From the IMG/VR virus record IMGVR_UViG_3300031774_000002: DNA of 20,000 bases, one strand, 5' to 3'. The translations under genes were made by a program, and so were the position numbers. A model generated the notes under the pieces. That model was not told where the DNA came from and did not search any database. It saw only the letters and a list, made by a program, of their open reading frames with translations. Source of the stretch: an uncultured virus (IMG/VR IMGVR_UViG_3300031774_000002). Its lineage: Duplodnaviria > Heunggongvirae > Uroviricota > Caudoviricetes. Below, one piece after another: positions 15,844-20,000 of the stretch; position 1 is the stretch's first letter; each line of letters begins with the position of its first letter.

Positions 15844-16056
15844 CTATTTACTAAACAGCGAAGCCATAATTTCTTTCTGCTTTTTCCAAGCAGAGAATGA
15901 TGTGGTTTTAATACCGTTCGCTCTACGCTCAAACATCTCTTCATCATACTGTTCTTCAAGCATGATCTGTTCAGCATCTTCTTCACTCACAGGAGTATTA
16001 AGAGCTTCAAGGTATTCTTCATGGGTTAGTTCTTTATCATCATATAGTGGGTGCAT
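15844..16056 (-). CDS. Hypothetical acidic protein, 70 aa
   Basis: ATG with a GAGAGAG leader directly downstream of a sigma70 promoter. Acidic N-terminal two-thirds and a basic tail. Confidence 0.7.
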   Translation of the reverse strand: MHPLYDDKELTHEEYLEALNTPVSEEDAEQIMLEEQYDEEMFERRANGIKTTSFSAWKKQKEIMASLFSK

Positions 16057-16087
16057 ATTTCTCTCTCTTTTTTTAGTTTACAAGAGA

Positions 16088-16136
16088 ATTCTAGCACAAT
16101 TTTAAGGAATTCGCAAGGTTTTTTTGAAGTTTTTTT
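16088..16136 (-). promoter_or_regulatory. Sigma70-type (early) promoter TTGCGA-N17-TAGAAT with extended -10 TG and A-tract UP element
   Basis: -35 at 16111-16116, -10 at 16088-16093 preceded by TGC, and A7 tracts at 16119-16125 and 16130-16136. Confidence 0.72.
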
Positions 16137-16192
16137 ATACCGAGTTTGAATATGGGGAAGGTTTTTTATAACTTTTTTGTATATGCTTGTAA

Positions 16193-16205
16193 AATCAACA
16201 ACTTA
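16193..16205 (+). promoter_or_regulatory. IHF consensus site (WATCAANNNNTTR)
   Basis: AATCAACAACTTA is an exact consensus match with an AT-rich 5' flank, about 77 bp upstream of the -35 at 16116. Confidence 0.5.
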
Positions 16206-17282
16206 GCCCAAAGGCTTACTGAGTTCATCCCAGCTTATTTCATAGTCGTTGTTGGAGTCTGCATATTTCATTATGCCGAGTTTCTCATATTCAGGGATAA
16301 ATTCTGTCCTGAGCAGTCCTATCCTTTTCAGATTAGGCATTATCCGAGTGAATAATGTACTCTGGAACTTTCGTTGAATCCAATGGGGTGGATCCATTTG
16401 ATAATCTTCGGTGTATTCAACATCCATACCATAATGCTCCCACAGAGCAAATGGCTTTAGATTTTTGCGACTAATCGTGCATGCTTCGAGAGCAAACTTC
16501 GCTCTATCATATTTTTCTTCTTCACTCAATGTTTCAATATACTCTTTAAGGTATGTCACACCAAAAGCAACATGCCTTGCTTCGTCTCTTAATATCAGCT
16601 CTATCATTCTTTTATATACTGGATCGTCTGCTGCTTCTTTTGCTACACTGAATGCAGCCAATGCAAATCCTTCTAGGATTACTTGCATGCCAAGAAATTT
16701 AAGATCCCATCTTGGATCTGTGAGTATTTTATCTAACAACCCTTTGAAGTGTCTATTGACTGGCCAAAGTTTATTGAGTCTTGTTTGGATATATTTGTTA
16801 AATGCTTCTACATGTCTTGCTTCATCAAATGCTTGACTTGCAGCATATAGTTTTGCGTTGTATGTGGGTGCACAACTACATAACTGACTAGCCACTAATA
16901 ATGAACATTGCTCTCCATGTAAGAACTGGCTGTTGTACCAAGAGAACATATCAGATAAGAATTGTACTCTTTTCTCTTTACTCCAACGCTTGTATACTTT
17001 ATGATTTTCCCATTGAGCATTCTCAAACTCAAACATGAAACTTGTGATTCCTGGATATTCAATAGACCAATCTATATCAAGCTCAACATTCCAGTTTAGC
17101 TTTTTACCAAGCTCATAAAGTCTTTTAATACGATCATCGTGCAGAGAGTAATCCCAGTTGTAACTTCCAACTAGAGGTGTTTCAAAAGTTTCTATTATAT
17201 CAGATGGCTCGAGGTCGGGGATAATGTCTTCACCGCAAAGTTTTATTTCTTTCGGTGGTGTCTTTCTTTTGTCAATCTGCAT
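16203..17282 (-). CDS. Ferritin-like diiron-carboxylate protein (AurF-like N-oxygenase family)
   Basis: FLHGEQ, DEARH, ILEG and a second DEARH give the E / ExxH / E / ExxH ligand pattern; 359 aa. Confidence 0.85.
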   Translation of the reverse strand: MQIDKRKTPPKEIKLCGEDIIPDLEPSDIIETFETPLVGSYNWDYSLHDDRIKRLYELGKKLNWNVELDIDWSIEYPGITSFMFEFENAQWENHKVYKRWSKEKRVQFLSDMFSWYNSQFLHGEQCSLLVASQLCSCAPTYNAKLYAASQAFDEARHVEAFNKYIQTRLNKLWPVNRHFKGLLDKILTDPRWDLKFLGMQVILEGFALAAFSVAKEAADDPVYKRMIELILRDEARHVAFGVTYLKEYIETLSEEEKYDRAKFALEACTISRKNLKPFALWEHYGMDVEYTEDYQMDPPHWIQRKFQSTLFTRIMPNLKRIGLLRTEFIPEYEKLGIMKYADSNNDYEISWDELSKPLG

Positions 17283-17283
17283 A

Positions 17284-17697
17284 CTATTCTCTGAAGTCTA
17301 GTATGATTGTTTCTTTCCAATTATCTTCTATTTGTTTTTTGGCAGCATTATCTTCAGCAAGGCTGATTTGTGCGTGAAATGGTCGGACTAGATCCATCTT
17401 CAAATCACCAGTATCTTCATAATGCTCTGGTGCACATTTTTGAGCAATGCCACGAAGTCTAGCAGGAGAGTCCTCTCTTGTGATTAGATCAACCAATCCA
17501 TTTAATGTTGAGTCAACTGGAAAGTTATCTATCATTTCAGCAATAGTAATCTTTTCGTCTAGATCTCTTCCTTCATAAAACACAAGACCAGCAGTGCATG
17601 GATTAATTTCTAAAAACTGTCTATATGTTGTACCAATCTCATCCTTTCCATCAGAAGGGAGATCTCTAGCTGGTTTTTTATTTGGAAATTCGCTCAT
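17284..17697 (-). CDS. Hypothetical protein, 137 aa
   Basis: TGATG overlap with the upstream gene; ends 1 nt before the diiron gene start. Confidence 0.7.
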   Translation of the reverse strand: MSEFPNKKPARDLPSDGKDEIGTTYRQFLEINPCTAGLVFYEGRDLDEKITIAEMIDNFPVDSTLNGLVDLITREDSPARLRGIAQKCAPEHYEDTGDLKMDLVRPFHAQISLAEDNAAKKQIEDNWKETIILDFRE

Positions 17698-18005
17698 CAA
17701 TTATACCCCAATTTTTGACCAAAAAATGTGTTGTCCTCATCAGTATAATCATACTCATATGGTAAACTTTTTGCTCTAAATGTCACACTTGTGTTATTAA
17801 TTATATTATCCATTTCACTAGAATATTGGCTAAATCTATTTCTTGGATCTTCAAAAACCCAAAAGTTGTAATCAACTTTATCAGGCTGCCTGATATCAGT
17901 GAAGATTAAATCAGACACACCTGTCAACTCCACCAATTTATTATTTATAGTGGCGTGCAAACTTACAGCATCAGCTTTTGTATCAAACTCAAATATATTA
18001 GACAT
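17697..18005 (-). CDS. Hypothetical protein, 102 aa; start revised to ATG 18005
   Basis: TAATG overlap with the LamG-like gene stop. Confidence 0.7.
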   Translation of the reverse strand: MSNIFEFDTKADAVSLHATINNKLVELTGVSDLIFTDIRQPDKVDYNFWVFEDPRNRFSQYSSEMDNIINNTSVTFRAKSLPYEYDYTDEDNTFFGQKLGYN

Positions 18006-18913
18006 TATTGTGGTATTCTCCACTTGCCCATTAAATGACCCATAACTTGGTTTCTTTCACCATCAGAGAGCAATCTATTATAATTTATAATTTCCATTAT
18101 ATGACCACTAAACATTGCAAAGGTTGAATTATTCTGGGCGGTGCTGTTGCCTAAGGTATTAAATCCTGATCCTCCAACCATCCACCTTGTTCCTATGTTA
18201 CCAATTTTTGTTTTTGTTTGACTATCTGCAGCATCTGTCCCAGTGTTTGTTAATGTCATGCGACTACTACCAATTCCTGGATCACTATAAACAACTCTTG
18301 TACCTGCATTCAATTGTCCATTATGTCCATTTGTTGAGTGGCTGTCAGTATAGTTTGTTTGATGCTGTATCAAAGCATCAACACCATCAGCTAAATTAGT
18401 GGCAATTTCTATTTGAGCATCTGATGTACCAGTAGCTGTAGCAGAAGAACCGCCCATAGCAAATACATGGTCTTCATCATCACCAAATTGGGCATCTGTC
18501 CCATCACCGCCCAACAATATACCATTTCCAGACTCTAACGCTTTAAGTCTAAAATAATTTGTCGCATAAGGTGAAGTTCTTAAAGATGTTGCTGTTTTAT
18601 TTAAAACTATAAAGACAGTGTATTGAAACTCATTCCACTGCGGAGCAGTAGTATGCATTATTTCGTTAAATTGGAATCCATCTGGTCCAAAAACTACTGA
18701 TGGCAACCCATTTGAAGGAGAAGTTGAGGTTGATGGTTTTTTGTTATCTGCACTTTGTGTTGCATGATATCCATTACCAGACTTATCATTCCATTGACTA
18801 ATCAGTCCACTGCTTGAAGTGATACTACTACTGTCCGATGCATCTAACCATTGGTATAGATTTGGAATATCACTTGGAACAAATGATTGAGCAACAACTG
18901 CAGCACTAAACAT
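18005..18913 (-). CDS. LamG / concanavalin A-like lectin domain virion protein
   Basis: WLDASD, QWNDKSGNGYHATQ, YTVFIV and FSGHIMEIINYNRLLS...LMGKW are typical of phage LamG-like domains. TAATG-coupled to the fibre gene. Confidence 0.75.
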   Translation of the reverse strand: MFSAAVVAQSFVPSDIPNLYQWLDASDSSSITSSSGLISQWNDKSGNGYHATQSADNKKPSTSTSPSNGLPSVVFGPDGFQFNEIMHTTAPQWNEFQYTVFIVLNKTATSLRTSPYATNYFRLKALESGNGILLGGDGTDAQFGDDEDHVFAMGGSSATATGTSDAQIEIATNLADGVDALIQHQTNYTDSHSTNGHNGQLNAGTRVVYSDPGIGSSRMTLTNTGTDAADSQTKTKIGNIGTRWMVGGSGFNTLGNSTAQNNSTFAMFSGHIMEIINYNRLLSDGERNQVMGHLMGKWRIPQ

Positions 18914-20000
18914 TAACTGATACCACCACCGAATATGGTGAGAGTATCTGAGCCAGTAACAACAAGCTCAGCAACACCACCTGAAGCAATAGTGCTGTTT
19001 GCACTTAATGCAGTAAATGAACCGCCTGAAGCAAAGTTTAATGTTATACTGTTAGTTGTTTTATCTAGTGTTAATGCTTGTGTTGTAGAGTTTACAACTG
19101 TAAATATCTGACCAACAGTGCTAACAGAAGGAATCTTAAATATATTCACACCGCCAGTATGTGTGTTTATAACTTTCTTGTTTGCTTCCATTGTGTATGT
19201 TGTATTTGCAGCACTGATAACAACAGTTGTTGGATTTGCGGTTATACCACCAGATACATTTAATGACCCACTTAGTTCTAAATCAGAATAAAATGTTGAA
19301 CCAGCACCTTCTAAGCTCAACACTTCAGCATTAGTTCCTGCTGTTATAGCATCGAACCGTATACGACCATCTTCTGTTCCATCAGATACATCAGCAATCT
19401 CAGCATAAATTGATCCATACTGAATCTTTTCTGCGGGTGATGATGGTGGATTTGCTGTATCATTAATACCAAAAAATCTTATAGCTCCTAATTCATCATT
19501 ATCTGACGCACTGTGCAAACCAGTTCCTGAATTGCGATATAACTCTAAAACAGGATTTTCAGTCTGTCCTTCTGTAGTATCAAAACTTATTAGCGATAAT
19601 GATCCAGAATTTAAAAACCCAGTTGAAGGATTATAAGTTAGACCGTACTCTCCAGTATGATCTCTAAGACCATTTGATTCATCATGAAATACAACTGGTA
19701 AATTTGAATCCGTTAGCGTTGAGTCAGCAGTTACAGTAACCGTTGTCGCAAGAGTGGCTGTTGCCGCAGTCCCAGTAGTATCTTGGTTAAGAGTTGCTAC
19801 CCTTGCTGCAGCAATTGTACCAGAGTTTATCTGTTCACCACTAATAGATTTATTTGTTAGCGTGTCACTACTTGAGGCAGTAATAAATGAACTTAACTCT
19901 GAGTCTCTAGCTATGCCACTTGGAATCCTTGCATCAGCTATTGTCCCAGTTAATTGACCAGCATCAATAGATTTATTTGTTAGTGTATCACTACTAGATG
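18913..20000 (-). CDS. Tail fibre-like protein, C-terminal ~360 aa (5' end outside the window)
   Basis: Hand translation shows the frame open from 19998 down to 18913, so the 201-aa track ORF is a fragment. Contains DTLTNKSI repeats, GTAATAT, LTYNPST and LYRNS...DNDELGAIRF...DGTEDG fibre-type motifs. Confidence 0.75.
   Translation of the reverse strand, partial: SSSDTLTNKSIDAGQLTGTIADARIPSGIARDSELSSFITASSSDTLTNKSISGEQINSGTIAAARVATLNQDTTGTAATATLATTVTVTADSTLTDSNLPVVFHDESNGLRDHTGEYGLTYNPSTGFLNSGSLSLISFDTTEGQTENPVLELYRNSGTGLHSASDNDELGAIRFFGINDTANPPSSPAEKIQYGSIYAEIADVSDGTEDGRIRFDAITAGTNAEVLSLEGAGSTFYSDLELSGSLNVSGGITANPTTVVISAANTTYTMEANKKVINTHTGGVNIFKIPSVSTVGQIFTVVNSTTQALTLDKTTNSITLNFASGGSFTALSANSTIASGGVAELVVTGSDTLTIFGGGIS
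19843..19983. repeat. Intragenic direct repeat, 18 nt exact, 123-nt (41-aa) period
   Basis: AATAGATTTATTTGTTAG occurs at 19843-19860 and 19966-19983. The protein repeats SSSDTLTNKSI..Q..GTIA.AR. Confidence 0.8.

Noticed and set aside
16203..17282. Ribonucleotide reductase beta subunit (nrdB)
   Set aside because: It shares the diiron fold, but the FLHGEQ and twin DEARH pattern fits AurF-like proteins better, and no nrdA is nearby.
18913..19518. Stand-alone 201-aa gene as given in the ORF track
   Set aside because: The frame has no stop up to the window edge, so it is the C-terminal part of a longer gene.
332..19957. All plus-strand ORFs in the track, and the short minus-strand ORFs nested in other frames (3211-3480, 5574-5798, 10964-11185, 14727-14915)
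   Set aside because: They lie wholly or largely within well-supported minus-strand genes and show no recognisable motifs; they are treated as shadow ORFs.
7583..20000. Collagen-like Gly-X-Y substrate for the PLOD/COLGALT-like enzyme
   Set aside because: No extended (Gly-X-Y)n run was seen in any protein here. A collagen-like substrate would have to be encoded outside the window, which limits the main hypothesis.
1..20000. Stop-codon reassignment, CRISPR array, or diversity-generating retroelement
   Set aside because: Core genes are full length in the standard code with TAA, TAG and TGA all used as stops. I saw no repeat-spacer array, reverse transcriptase or TR/VR pair.

Overview
This window is the late/structural region of a large T4-like myophage, most likely marine or aquatic judging by protein style; the host cannot be determined from the sequence. 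Essentially all genes are on the minus strand. In transcription order (right to left): the 3' part of a tail-fibre-like gene, a LamG-like lectin, two hypothetical genes and an AurF-like diiron ferritin-superfamily enzyme, all tightly coupled. Next comes an island of five small genes behind two sigma70-type promoters, with an IHF-consensus site and a structured intergenic RNA candidate. This is followed by a modification cassette: a three-domain COLGALT-like GT25 / PLOD-like glycosyltransferase / lysyl-hydroxylase-like Fe-2OG protein, a SAM methyltransferase and a GT-A glycosyltransferase. After a small tail-associated gene, a 949-aa discoidin-containing protein and a hypothetical gene, the T4 core follows: gp13, gp14, gp15, gp16, an inserted thermonuclease, gp17, gp18 and the start of gp19. 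T4 late promoters (TATAAATA) precede the 109-aa gene, gp13 and gp18. The most striking items are the single-polypeptide counterpart of the animal collagen Lys-hydroxylation/glycosylation pathway, a hairpin that hides its ribosome-binding site, and the structured RNA candidate at 15421-15481. All family assignments come from motif recognition, not database searches.
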